64,000 nt of DNA from the IMG/VR virus record IMGVR_UViG_3300013121_000046; one strand, given 5' to 3'. Positions 53,341 through 63,157 of the stretch are shown here, piece after piece. Under the pieces are notes generated by a model. That model did no database searches, was not told where the DNA came from, and worked only from the letters and a program-made list of their open reading frames with translations. Source of the DNA: a virus (Duplodnaviria > Caudoviricetes). The translations under genes and the position numbers were made by a program. The stretch's first letter is position 1, and each line of letters opens with the position of its first letter.

Positions 53341-56300
53341 CTATGAATCCCCATAATCATCCCCAGCATTATGATTTACAGCTTTACTCCGAGTCTTACC
53401 CTTAGGTCGATTCTTCAGAATACTCTTAATGGTACTAGAACTCAAAAGTTTCCCAGGTAGCTTAACCGGACCCCCCTTAATTTTTTCTGTGACCACTGAA
53501 GCCAGTCTGTTGGCAGTTACTGGGGCCGAGGGGGAGCCCAAATCTCCGGCTGGAGGAGCACCTAAACTGGTATCATCAAGACCTAACCCACTTCCAGTAG
53601 GGGGTAGACCTAACTCACCCCCAGTGGGAGGTAACCCTAAGTCAGCACCACCTAAACCTATATCACTACCTCCGGATGGGAACATATCCAAACCGGGGCC
53701 TAAACCACCCACACCGCCACCACCAGGGGCCGGCTCACCTCGGGCTTGTGATTGCACATCCAAATTTAGCCCCTCAATAACCCTGCGAACAAAATCCGTC
53801 TGCTGAGTAATAACCGGAGCAACCTCAGGATATATGGATTCCATTAACCGGTTAAACACTGGATCCTTGATTGTACCCAGATCTTCTAATAGGGCTGTTT
53901 CATTCTCTTCAGAATCAATGTTGTGTAAATCAAGCAAATAACGTAGGGCCAAAGACCCCTTCTGATGTAACTGAAAGAGTTGGTCATAGACTTCAACATT
54001 ATCCCTAATCGAAAGTCTATTGAATCGCAGGGTTGAATGGTTGTAAATCTTATTTATCTGCATAACCCGACGACGTAACGTCCCATCATGCTGCTGGAGA
54101 ATATCATCTCCCGGAACAATCTCTTCCGGCTCTATCTTAATCCAAGTTTCAATCTCCTCGAAGAAGAAATGTCCCTTGGCCTCGGCCATAGGCCTAAATA
54201 AAACTTTCTCAACGTAGTTCTTCATTAACTCACGAAAAACAAGATACTGGGTGTTTTGCAATTCTAAGGTGATTCGTTGCCCACCATAAGTTGCAGCCCC
54301 TGTGAGCATCTCTTTTGTAGTCCCCAAGCCTGTGGCCAAGTCCTCACGCAGGGTCTGATATTCAGTGTCTACTTGGAGCAAACGATCATTTGCTCCGATG
54401 GTCTGCCATTCTACTGAATAATTTGTAATAATGGGATAATCAGCTTGCTCTAAAAGAGCTAAATCTACCTGCCCACGCAAATCATCCAACTGAGGTGGGG
54501 TAATGCCATCAGCATATATCAAAAGCTTAGGCTGCATATTCCGAGAGGATATCTGAAGCTGGGCGTTCTTCAAATTCTCCAGTCGAAATAGAGTCTCTAA
54601 ACATCGCTCAATCAACGAGACCCCGTATTGCTCATTCGGAGGCCTATTTCTAGCTAGGTGATAGACAAAAGAACCTTGTGCTGGATCTGTATTAAGGGGG
54701 ACACCCTCACCAAAGTCCAAAGCATCTCGTAACTCTTCGGGAATATCATCCTCCAACTCAGCAAATAGATCGGCCAAATTATCTGAGGAAGATGTAAGAT
54801 ACAAATCCCGATCAGTCATTCTTCGGACAGCCGCAGTATCTACTAAGGGCCTAGCAAAAAAGATGATCTCTTGGTTTCTTTTGAAGGGATGGATAAGTGA
54901 ATGGCAGTTGCCGGCACTAACTCCTTCTACCATAAGAGAATGAGTCTCTTCAACTGTCAGGTTATACACATCCCCTGTATACTCAACTTCGGTGATATTA
55001 CTCACAGGATAAAAAGCATATTCCCCAGGCTCGTAGCTCGGATCGTTCAACTTAGAGAAATACCGAGCAGGAGTCTCATTAAAATGAATCTTAGGCCTAC
55101 TTCTAACTGATTTCTGGGTGTCAGAATCATACTCAACCAATGACACGGTTTTTCTATTAATCGAGGGTCGCCATCTATTCCATAACCCCACTCGTAAAGT
55201 CATAAGCCGCAATTGGGCCGCAAGCTTTCTGCTAACAGTGGCAGATGTCATACTACCATTAGGTCTATCGCAACCATCACCATCCCAATAAGCCCTCAAC
55301 AAAACCTTCTGCTGTTCCTTAGGGAGGTGAATCCATCTCTCGGTGAGAACTTTCTCATAGGCCCCAGTGCCCGCTTCTTCCTCGAAGAACTTAAAGGCAG
55401 CCTGATTTACGTATCTAACAATCGTGCCGTAATGCGGGTGAGGATCCTTGACAATAGCACGATTAAATGATTTCGGCACCCTAGGGTCCGACATGTGCCC
55501 GCAGTTTTTACATCGGGCTCGTTTTTCTAAACCGGACCTACGGTCTGGGCCTTTGTTGTACAAATACTTATTAGGGGCATTACAAGCTGGGCAAGGGCCG
55601 GAATACCAATCCAAAGGCTTTCTTACGGGCTTAAGCTCCGTATTTGTCTGCCAATCCCTGGGTTGGTTAAACCTCTTCCCATAACTGATTTCTGGTGGGA
55701 AGCATTTCTCTAGGAGCCGAGCAATCTCTTCAGCTTCCCTTTTCTCCGTGTGACCTAAAGTAAAAATAACTGTGTCGCTTGTTCCTCGGTACAGTGATCC
55801 CTCTGCTAAGTACCAACCCATAAGGTTGCACAGATCCGCATCTATATCGTCCTGAGGAATTTCTTCTCCCATCTTTGGTGAGATCAGCCAATCACCCGGA
55901 CGAATAGCCTTCGCCGGAATCTTAACCGCTTGTCTCTGCTGAGTCTGAACCTCTACGGCAACCCCCCCAGATTGGAAGAAATTTTCTTCCTCTGAAATAA
56001 TTTCAGAATCTCTCCATACGTAAACTGGGTGCTCCGGAGTTACCCGGAGTTTGTTGGGTAATCCGAACGCAGATATCTCTAACAAAGTCCCCCGACTGGG
56101 GTTTTTGTGGGTTTCAAGGACTGCTCTAGGCTTCCCTTGATGGTCGATAACCCTCTCACCAACCCGAATATCCTTGATAGCCTTCCAAGTCCCATCGGCC
56201 ATAGTGACCTGGGAATTGGGGTGAAAACAGTACTCTGCCGGAAGAACAAAACACTCACTCCATTCCTTAAGCTCATCATCCCATTCATGCCAAATATAAA

Positions 56301-56778
56301 CAGAACCCACCAACCAATACTCCCGAGCAATATCCAGTAGCAATGTTGCGAGATCATTACGCTCAGCGAAATCCTCATAAATACGGTTAATCTCTACATT
56401 CTGTTTATGATTGGGCCCTTTTGGGGGGCCAATAGTCATTCGAGACATTGGCAACTCAGAATGCAACTCTACCGCCCGACCCACAAAAGGATCAACCCGA
56501 CCAAAGTATCGGTACAGAGCAAGTCTATCAGCCCGACTTAAAGTGTACTGGAGAACAGCCAGAGGGCTATTCGTAGCCAAAATGGAGGGTAAAGCCGCTG
56601 ATGAACCCCCATACCCAGAGGAGAACCCGACACTTAACGCTGAAGCTGAGGCTGAGGCTGATCTCTTTCCAGCCTTTCGCATAGAAGATACAATATCATC
56701 CGTAATTCGACGGGCAGTAACCATCGAAGCCCAAGCTGGGTCACGAATAGCAGACACTGTGTTGTCTGTATCAGCCAT
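53341..56778 (-). CDS. portal protein containing an intein (about 704 aa after splicing)
   Basis: Follows terminase; YRYF...DPFV..A..LH..LP, EYW..G..Y, HLARN....YG.S and Gly/Pro-rich C-terminus. Confidence 0.85.
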   Translation of the reverse strand: MADTDNTVSAIRDPAWASMVTARRITDDIVSSMRKAGKRSASASASALSVGFSSGYGGSSAALPSILATNSPLAVLQYTLSRADRLALYRYFGRVDPFVGRAVELHSELPMSRMTIGPPKGPNHKQNVEINRIYEDFAERNDLATLLLDIAREYWLVGSVYIWHEWDDELKEWSECFVLPAEYCFHPNSQVTMADGTWKAIKDIRVGERVIDHQGKPRAVLETHKNPSRGTLLEISAFGLPNKLRVTPEHPVYVWRDSEIISEEENFFQSGGVAVEVQTQQRQAVKIPAKAIRPGDWLISPKMGEEIPQDDIDADLCNLMGWYLAEGSLYRGTSDTVIFTLGHTEKREAEEIARLLEKCFPPEISYGKRFNQPRDWQTNTELKPVRKPLDWYSGPCPACNAPNKYLYNKGPDRRSGLEKRARCKNCGHMSDPRVPKSFNRAIVKDPHPHYGTIVRYVNQAAFKFFEEEAGTGAYEKVLTERWIHLPKEQQKVLLRAYWDGDGCDRPNGSMTSATVSRKLAAQLRLMTLRVGLWNRWRPSINRKTVSLVEYDSDTQKSVRSRPKIHFNETPARYFSKLNDPSYEPGEYAFYPVSNITEVEYTGDVYNLTVEETHSLMVEGVSAGNCHSLIHPFKRNQEIIFFARPLVDTAAVRRMTDRDLYLTSSSDNLADLFAELEDDIPEELRDALDFGEGVPLNTDPAQGSFVYHLARNRPPNEQYGVSLIERCLETLFRLENLKNAQLQISSRNMQPKLLIYADGITPPQLDDLRGQVDLALLEQADYPIITNYSVEWQTIGANDRLLQVDTEYQTLREDLATGLGTTKEMLTGAATYGGQRITLELQNTQYLVFRELMKNYVEKVLFRPMAEAKGHFFFEEIETWIKIEPEEIVPGDDILQQHDGTLRRRVMQINKIYNHSTLRFNRLSIRDNVEVYDQLFQLHQKGSLALRYLLDLHNIDSEENETALLEDLGTIKDPVFNRLMESIYPEVAPVITQQTDFVRRVIEGLNLDVQSQARGEPAPGGGGVGGLGPGLDMFPSGGSDIGLGGADLGLPPTGGELGLPPTGSGLGLDDTSLGAPPAGDLGSPSAPVTANRLASVVTEKIKGGPVKLPGKLLSSSTIKSILKNRPKGKTRSKAVNHNAGDDYGDS
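54907..56229 (-). mobile_element. intein with LAGLIDADG endonuclease and Cys4 insertion (441 aa)
   Basis: Block A CFHPNSQV, block B TPEHP, motifs MGWYLAEG and LRAYWDGDG, block F VYNLTV, terminal GN followed by C+1. Confidence 0.92.
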
Positions 56779-56783
56779 AAAAT

Positions 56784-57341
56784 TTACCTAGGCTTAATTC
56801 CAACTCTACGAAGGGACTCTATTGCGGCTGCCACAGCCCGAGAGACTGCCAAGGCTCTACTAGCTGCCTCTCTGTTTTCATCCCGCTGATTCTTCCTATA
56901 CTCGCTATCAATCTTAGGCAGAGCATCCACTAAAAGTCGAAAACTTTGATCCAAATCATTTTTCCATACTTCCCTTTTGCGAATCTCCTCAGCCACTGCT
57001 CGTTGCCTCTCCTCATCGACAGCCTGTAAAATTTCTTTTCTCCGTCTCAGTAATGCCATCCTACGTGAGCCTAATCGCTTAATATCTTGTTCTATTCTCC
57101 CCCGTAGAACGACTAGCTCCTCTGGATTTAATGACTTTCCAGACTCCAATCTATCATTAGCTGCCTTTAACTGATTCTGCAAATCCATAATTTCTTGAGT
57201 AGCCATCCTAGCCGCAGCCTGCACCTCTGTTTTTGTTTTGAACTCATTCGGATTAGTACTCCGTAACCGAACCTCTTCCGTCTCTGTTTTGGATAGAATT
57301 TCCGGATCTTCCTCAACATTTGCAGATTTACTTTTTGCCAT
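56784..57341 (-). CDS. coiled-coil hypothetical protein
   Basis: 185 aa helical, between terminase and portal. Confidence 0.65.
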   Translation of the reverse strand: MAKSKSANVEEDPEILSKTETEEVRLRSTNPNEFKTKTEVQAAARMATQEIMDLQNQLKAANDRLESGKSLNPEELVVLRGRIEQDIKRLGSRRMALLRRRKEILQAVDEERQRAVAEEIRKREVWKNDLDQSFRLLVDALPKIDSEYRKNQRDENREAASRALAVSRAVAAAIESLRRVGIKPR

Positions 57342-57343
57342 AG

Positions 57344-59218
57344 CTATCGTCCTAACCTATTACTGAATGGATTCTTACGGACATTCCTAGCAGTAGACTG
57401 TCTAAGTCTAGCTCGTAAAACCTGAGCCCTTTCCTGTACTCTCCGGGCCTGGGCAGAGTGTCTAGGATTAACTTTAACAAAAGGTTTACTCTCTTGCTCT
57501 ACCCTAGCTGCCCAAAGAGCCCGACTAAAACTACTATACTGGTCATCATGTTGGCCTTCAATCTCAGGCGCTGAAATACTAATTCTCGGGGGATCACCAC
57601 TGAAAATCTTTCTCTGCATTCTTGACAACTCTGAAACTAAACTGTCACGATCCAACCAATCTCGCTCATCTGCATAAAAAATGACTCTTTTTTGAGACAC
57701 CATCGCTACCGCATGGCGAGCAACAATGTCATTAAAAGCTCTAGTGACATGGACTGCCTCCAACTTTATGCGAGCCGAACCTTTCAAATGGCTCTTTAAG
57801 CCAGCATCATTATACTGATCGCAAATACCACTCTGACAACCAAAGTAATCAAACAGGTAATCCACTCTTTGAGCAATTTCCCTAATATCCAACTCATCTA
57901 CGTCCGCATACTCCCCCAAACCAATCCGCCAAAGTTCCTGATGAACTACCCGGCATTCCCCGGTCTCATTGCTAGAAACTACAGTAATAGAGGTACCATC
58001 ATTCCTCAGGCCTAAATCCACCCCCATATAAGCTATTTCCCCAGGCTCCAGTACACCAATTTTATGTGCAGAATTTTGACAACAAGCTGTAATGTCTGCC
58101 TTAGTAAAGGCGGCAATTTCTTGATCGAGATACTCAGCTTCATACTCCTGCCGATAAGCTATAGGGTCAACCGCATGGGCATTCTTAAAAAAACTACTAA
58201 CGATATTCTCAGATATCCAATAACTGGGCATCCACACAACTAGACCATTAGTTAATTCTCCACTCCAAATCTTATCCTCAAGCTCATACATATGGGATTC
58301 ACGAGAAACAGGAGTGCTAACTACAAAAACTTGTCCCGCCGGTTCCCCTGTTTCAGGATCCGTAAAATCCGCTAGCGAAGGAGCAATGGCCTTAAAAATC
58401 TCTCTATCCGAACGATTCGAGCCAGCGGCTCGCAACTCAGCCATAAAAAGTCCGTACTCTTCCAGTAGGGCAATCATATTACCCGGACCACGAATGGCCC
58501 GAGCGGAACAAGCTGCGGCAGCCAAAAATACACCAGAATCTGAGGACTGCCCCCTATCTAAATTGGCCTGTGTGTACAGCGTCATTCTTTGTCGAGAATC
58601 CTTGTCTACAAATCTCTTAAGATACGGGGAACTAGATATCGTATCTCTAGCTGGAGAAAGTAGCTGTTCCGCCTGTTCCTTATTTGTAGCAACCAAGGTC
58701 ATCCCGATAGGCTGAGCTTTTCGGAAATTGAAATGCTTTTGCGGATCATCAATTCTTAAGAGCCGATAAGCTTCATAGGCTGTAATCCACTGGGATAAGG
58801 TAGTCTTACCGGAACGTCGGCCTAATCTCAAAATAGTATAGGAGTAAGCCCTACCCTGTCTATTCTGATGCTGTTCCAAAGTGATGTTACATCGTCCCTC
58901 AGAATTTAGCATCTGAAGGAATTCTACTTCTGTATACAAACCAGTCTGATTCTCCTTGAATCTATCCCAGGTATAAATATCCTTTACCGTATCATCTAGG
59001 GGGATTCCATATACCAGCTTAAGTATAAATCTCTGTGCCGGCCAGGGTTTCTCATACACTCCCCAAGGAGCCTGAACATAGGTTAGCACATCTACAGCAG
59101 AATCCGGGGGTTTCTCCCCGATCATGTCTCCTAGGACTGAGACAAGATTTCTATTTCCAACTCCCCGAGACTCCTGCCTAAGAATCTCTTTTTCTAGGGC
59201 TTCGGTTAAAACCCCCAT
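57344..59218 (-). CDS. terL: terminase large subunit
   Basis: Walker A GRRSGKT, Walker B IALLEE, coupling motif VSTP, QEYEAEY, nuclease GVDLG..ND and HDD. Confidence 0.9.
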   Translation of the reverse strand: MGVLTEALEKEILRQESRGVGNRNLVSVLGDMIGEKPPDSAVDVLTYVQAPWGVYEKPWPAQRFILKLVYGIPLDDTVKDIYTWDRFKENQTGLYTEVEFLQMLNSEGRCNITLEQHQNRQGRAYSYTILRLGRRSGKTTLSQWITAYEAYRLLRIDDPQKHFNFRKAQPIGMTLVATNKEQAEQLLSPARDTISSSPYLKRFVDKDSRQRMTLYTQANLDRGQSSDSGVFLAAAACSARAIRGPGNMIALLEEYGLFMAELRAAGSNRSDREIFKAIAPSLADFTDPETGEPAGQVFVVSTPVSRESHMYELEDKIWSGELTNGLVVWMPSYWISENIVSSFFKNAHAVDPIAYRQEYEAEYLDQEIAAFTKADITACCQNSAHKIGVLEPGEIAYMGVDLGLRNDGTSITVVSSNETGECRVVHQELWRIGLGEYADVDELDIREIAQRVDYLFDYFGCQSGICDQYNDAGLKSHLKGSARIKLEAVHVTRAFNDIVARHAVAMVSQKRVIFYADERDWLDRDSLVSELSRMQRKIFSGDPPRISISAPEIEGQHDDQYSSFSRALWAARVEQESKPFVKVNPRHSAQARRVQERAQVLRARLRQSTARNVRKNPFSNRLGR

Positions 59219-59220
59219 AA

Positions 59221-59727
59221 CTAACTACCCTTCTCCTTTACAACTAACTCCTTAGATAATCTCTCTTCTATCTTTGGTAGTATATTTTTAATCAACAACT
59301 CTCTTTGATCCGCTTCTAAGCCTGTCTCACTCATTACATCCTTAAACAACACTAAAACAGTGGCAATCAGTTGAAGTTGTGCGTTAGCATCTGTTCGTTC
59401 CCGCTGCCTGTCTAAAATATCTGTGAGGGACTTAAGAGCCTTAATTCTTCGAGCAGCAATATTCGCGGCAGCAGCCACATTCTGCCTATTTAGCATCGTA
59501 TTACGATAGCTATCAAGATTGGATAACTCTGCTGTAATTTCTAAGATAGCCCTCTCCTGTAAACTTAAAGTCTGTCCACCTAACTGCCTTAACGCACAGG
59601 ATTCCAAACTCTCTAAATTCACCATTGTCACGGGTGAATTAGGGCTCTGTTGAGATAGTGTAGACAAAGAAAAACCAGCAGGACCTAAAGTAGTCCCTGC
59701 TGGTTGAGGTGTGTTCGGCTGAATCAA
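59221..59727 (-). CDS. hypothetical helical protein (possible terminase small subunit)
   Basis: Immediately upstream of terL; helical. Confidence 0.35.
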   Translation of the reverse strand: MIQPNTPQPAGTTLGPAGFSLSTLSQQSPNSPVTMVNLESLESCALRQLGGQTLSLQERAILEITAELSNLDSYRNTMLNRQNVAAAANIAARRIKALKSLTDILDRQRERTDANAQLQLIATVLVLFKDVMSETGLEADQRELLIKNILPKIEERLSKELVVKEKGS

Positions 59728-59736
59728 GATAGACTC

Positions 59737-60774
59737 CTAGATAGTCAGGTCTCCTCTCAGAGCTTCGAGTTGCGAAAAAATTCCTCGCAACCTTTGCGGC
59801 ATAGCCGCACCTATCTCTAAGAGTTCATCACGGGAAGCCAAAATGCCTCTTGCTTCTGCACCCGTCATCCTACCAGCAGATAACAGCTTTACTGTTTTCT
59901 TAGCCAAATTCCGTAACTCTGAGTCCACCTGATCGGCGTGCTCCGCAAACGAGTCTAATTTTCTGTTCTTGGCAAAACTCTTGGGGAGAGTTGTTTGAGC
60001 AATCGGGGCGGCAGAAACCTGCTTTCCACCCCGAGGGGATCGCTCCTCCTGAACGGTAAGACCCTCACTAGCAAAAATATTACCTAAATTGAAAGCCTTC
60101 TTTGCTTCACCCCTATCAATATCTGAGTAATAGTCTCCAGTAGAAGCCTTTCGCTCTGAATTCCTAGCTGTACCGGGACCAACACTCCCTGCGGTATTTA
60201 CTTCTAAGGGAGCGGCACCACTAAGCATAGCCGAAAAAACCCTGGACTGATTAAGCCCAGATACCTGGTCACGACTATTCTTAGTGACCTGCTTACCATT
60301 CAAACTAGCCACCTTCTGTCGAAGTGAAAGTTTAGAATTACTCAAGATCGTGGTAGCTTCCTGAATGGTTTTTCTACCTTCCGAGACCGCTAACTTAGCC
60401 GCAACCCGGGCTAACTCAGGGGTAAAATCCTCCACCCCGGCGATCAACTTACCCCCAATTAGACCACAAGAACCCTTCCGATTATGTGAACAAGAACCAC
60501 ACATCGGAGTACGATAGGTTGCTATCAAGTTATGCGGAGAGGCCAATTTCTGCTTAACTGCCTTAGCTTCCTCACAGGATTGGTAAAGATTCGGATCATG
60601 GGCAGAGCGGCCCAGAATTCCGATTTCCTTTTGCAGCTTGGAAGCCACTTTCCCCATCTCCACAGGAGTAAGATGAGAAAAATTCTCTTCCAAATAAGCT
60701 GTTATAGTCTCAAGGCCCTTCCCCTGAGCTAATAAGCTTCTAGCCGACTGATATGCCGCCCGAACAGAACTCAT
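59737..60774 (-). CDS. Cys-motif head-associated hypothetical protein
   Basis: C..CGSC.....SC cluster; many K/R-x-A motifs. Confidence 0.55.
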   Translation of the reverse strand: MSSVRAAYQSARSLLAQGKGLETITAYLEENFSHLTPVEMGKVASKLQKEIGILGRSAHDPNLYQSCEEAKAVKQKLASPHNLIATYRTPMCGSCSHNRKGSCGLIGGKLIAGVEDFTPELARVAAKLAVSEGRKTIQEATTILSNSKLSLRQKVASLNGKQVTKNSRDQVSGLNQSRVFSAMLSGAAPLEVNTAGSVGPGTARNSERKASTGDYYSDIDRGEAKKAFNLGNIFASEGLTVQEERSPRGGKQVSAAPIAQTTLPKSFAKNRKLDSFAEHADQVDSELRNLAKKTVKLLSAGRMTGAEARGILASRDELLEIGAAMPQRLRGIFSQLEALRGDLTI

Positions 60775-60791
60775 TTTGATCCCCTTAAGTA

Positions 60792-61076
60792 TTATTCTTC
60801 AAGCAGGGGTTCTTTGGCCGGATCATAGAGCCGTTCAATTGTGCGACCATCAGGCGCTAACTGCCAAAATGCCCTCCCTGGTCTTCGGATTAACGGCGAT
60901 TTCTTACCCTTAATCGGAGCAGCCGTATATCTCACCTTAGCCGTACGTATTTGCTTAGACAACCGAGTAACCTGATCCATTGGAGAAACCCCAGAAAATA
61001 CCCTATCCAAGGATATCCTTTGGGGTTTCTTGGTCTGAGGTAAATCAAAACATGAAGCTCTACCACAGTCAAACAT
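60792..61076 (-). CDS. small hypothetical protein
   Basis: 94 aa, ends FWQL..DG..IERL. Confidence 0.6.
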   Translation of the reverse strand: MFDCGRASCFDLPQTKKPQRISLDRVFSGVSPMDQVTRLSKQIRTAKVRYTAAPIKGKKSPLIRRPGRAFWQLAPDGRTIERLYDPAKEPLLEE

Positions 61077-61482
61077 TTGTTACCTCTACCACCGGTTCAG
61101 TTTTACCATTATCACGGGCTCGAATCATAGCTTCTAACTGAGCCTTCACCCAAGCCAACTCATTTAGGCTTGGATACCGCAATCCTAAATCTTCCAGACC
61201 CCTAAACTCAGCCCGTAAATCCGATACCCGCATTTGCAAAGAAAACTTAGGGCAAATCCGAGCCTTTTCTGCCCAGCATTGCCGAGCATCTAGCTCATTT
61301 TTTCCCCAAGCTAATACCTTGCAAACACAAATCCCCTCTGTAAGCATTCTTCCTGAATGCTTACAGTTTTTAGGCGACTTTATCGTATGATAAGTAACAT
61401 ACGAATCTTCCGCCCTCTTTGTTTTTCTGGTCAACCTCTTGTTGACCATTTCCAGTAGGTCTTCAAGCTGCGTACCAAGCAT
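61069..61482 (-). CDS. Cys-rich hypothetical protein
   Basis: NC, C.C, C...A..CP pattern. Confidence 0.6.
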   Translation of the reverse strand: MLGTQLEDLLEMVNKRLTRKTKRAEDSYVTYHTIKSPKNCKHSGRMLTEGICVCKVLAWGKNELDARQCWAEKARICPKFSLQMRVSDLRAEFRGLEDLGLRYPSLNELAWVKAQLEAMIRARDNGKTEPVVEVTNV

Positions 61483-61504
61483 CTGCTCCTCGAATTATGC
61501 TAGA

Positions 61505-61996
61505 CTAGTCAACAGTCTGGGCAGAAGCTCCCGGACGCTTTGAAGCATTCCCGTAGGCCTTCTCTCTTGGACGCAGGCGAAGGACAATCTCACCAACACC
61601 AGTTTGAGAGGCATTACCAGCGGAAACCAATGTGACTCCCGCCCCAGCCGGAACCAAAGTATTAGTCAAGGGAATGGTGATGAGGGCACCGGCAGCCACC
61701 GCAGCCGTTCCCGAAGTTCCGGCTACAGTGCCATTAGCATCAACCAAAACATCAGTATCGGCTGAAACCGTGTCCCCATCACTGTCAACATAGTCGGTCA
61801 AACCAACATCATAGGTAACCGCCTGGCTGGCAATATGGGCTGTCGTCACCAAAATCTTCATTGAAATTAGCTCATACGCATTCTCTGTATCCAGAAAAAT
61901 GGTATCAGCCGACAAAGCAACCGAAAAGTCGTGGGTAATAGGACCCACTAACTTATCCTTCAGAACTGGGATCGTATTCTGTGGCTTCACAGGCAT
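61505..61996 (-). CDS. putative virion structural (decoration-like) protein
   Basis: Ala/Thr/Val/Gly-rich beta-sandwich pattern; GGGG RBS. Confidence 0.5.
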   Translation of the reverse strand: MPVKPQNTIPVLKDKLVGPITHDFSVALSADTIFLDTENAYELISMKILVTTAHIASQAVTYDVGLTDYVDSDGDTVSADTDVLVDANGTVAGTSGTAAVAAGALITIPLTNTLVPAGAGVTLVSAGNASQTGVGEIVLRLRPREKAYGNASKRPGASAQTVD

Positions 61997-62062
61997 TGGA
62001 TTTTCCCCTAAAAGAGGGCCTCACCCTTATCCAAAGTGAGGAACTAAGGAAGTAGAGAAACT

Positions 62063-63136
62063 CTAGCGAACTTTAGCCCCATGAAAAATAGCTCGGGCTT
62101 GATCCCGAGATTTCTTCAACCGAGCATATTCAGCATTAATGGCTGGGTAGTTAACTCTGCCCGCCACCTTAATACTCTTAGCCGTAGCAATCCGCTGGGC
62201 AGCCTTACGCCACAGGTAACGATCCTCTGCGGCAACAGCCTCCGGAATACGAATCTTCAAAGCTTTTCTCGATCCTGTAATGGGAGCCACAGTATTCAGC
62301 GGGTCAGGACCGGTATCTGAAGAACCCTTACCAAACCCACCCAAGGCCTGGTCTCTCTCCACATCCGACTCCATCCCCATTGATTCTGGAGACTGAACCG
62401 AAACTTCCGCCGCCCTACGGCCAGCCGCAGCTTCCAAAATACTTCTGGCCGTAACCAAATCCCGACCCTTATCCATCATTGTATCTGGATCTAAAGACTT
62501 TTTAGGTCCAGTATTGGCGGATGGCATATGGAGGGTACCAGCATCCTGTGTACCAAAAAACTCTAAATCCTCACCCTCTTGATCTTCATCCACCGAAGCA
62601 TCACCGCCGGTCTCTGGTAATCCTGAGGTGGAGTACGTGTCTGTGGGATCTCCCATATCCCCTTCAGCATCAGGTACATCATCACTGGCCAGAACTGCGG
62701 CAGCCACCCGAGCCGCCCGAGCCACCTCACGCCATTGGCCGCTAGTGGCCAACAGCTTCAACCCCTCTGGAGTCAAGTCTGTGAAAGGCCAAACTGAAGC
62801 AGCTTTACTAGCTTGAATCTTAATTTTACCCTCATCAGCAAAGTCAGGCTTAGAGTCAGCCGCGCTCGGCCGACCCAATAACTTGCTCACGGAGTCTTTA
62901 CCCACAGGGAATTTATGGTAATCCTTAGCCTCGAAAGAATCCTGGTGTCCCGGCTCATCAGCAGCCTCCCAATCCGGCACTTCCGGAGTTTCCGCTGCTT
63001 TCCGAGATCGCTTCCGGCTAACGGCCTCCACCTCATTGGTTACCACATCAAGCCATTTCGCTGCGGTACGGTCCTTAGCCTGAACCATATCGGCGATTGA
63101 CTCAAGCTCAGCAATCAGACGCTCGTATCCAGCCAT
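62063..63136 (-). CDS. putative internal head protein
   Basis: Probable start MAGYERL with GGGAG RBS; alternating acidic and basic segments; many K/R-x-A motifs. Confidence 0.55.
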   Translation of the reverse strand: MAGYERLIAELESIADMVQAKDRTAAKWLDVVTNEVEAVSRKRSRKAAETPEVPDWEAADEPGHQDSFEAKDYHKFPVGKDSVSKLLGRPSAADSKPDFADEGKIKIQASKAASVWPFTDLTPEGLKLLATSGQWREVARAARVAAAVLASDDVPDAEGDMGDPTDTYSTSGLPETGGDASVDEDQEGEDLEFFGTQDAGTLHMPSANTGPKKSLDPDTMMDKGRDLVTARSILEAAAGRRAAEVSVQSPESMGMESDVERDQALGGFGKGSSDTGPDPLNTVAPITGSRKALKIRIPEAVAAEDRYLWRKAAQRIATAKSIKVAGRVNYPAINAEYARLKKSRDQARAIFHGAKVR

Positions 63137-63157
63137 TTGAGAAACTCCCAAAAGAAT

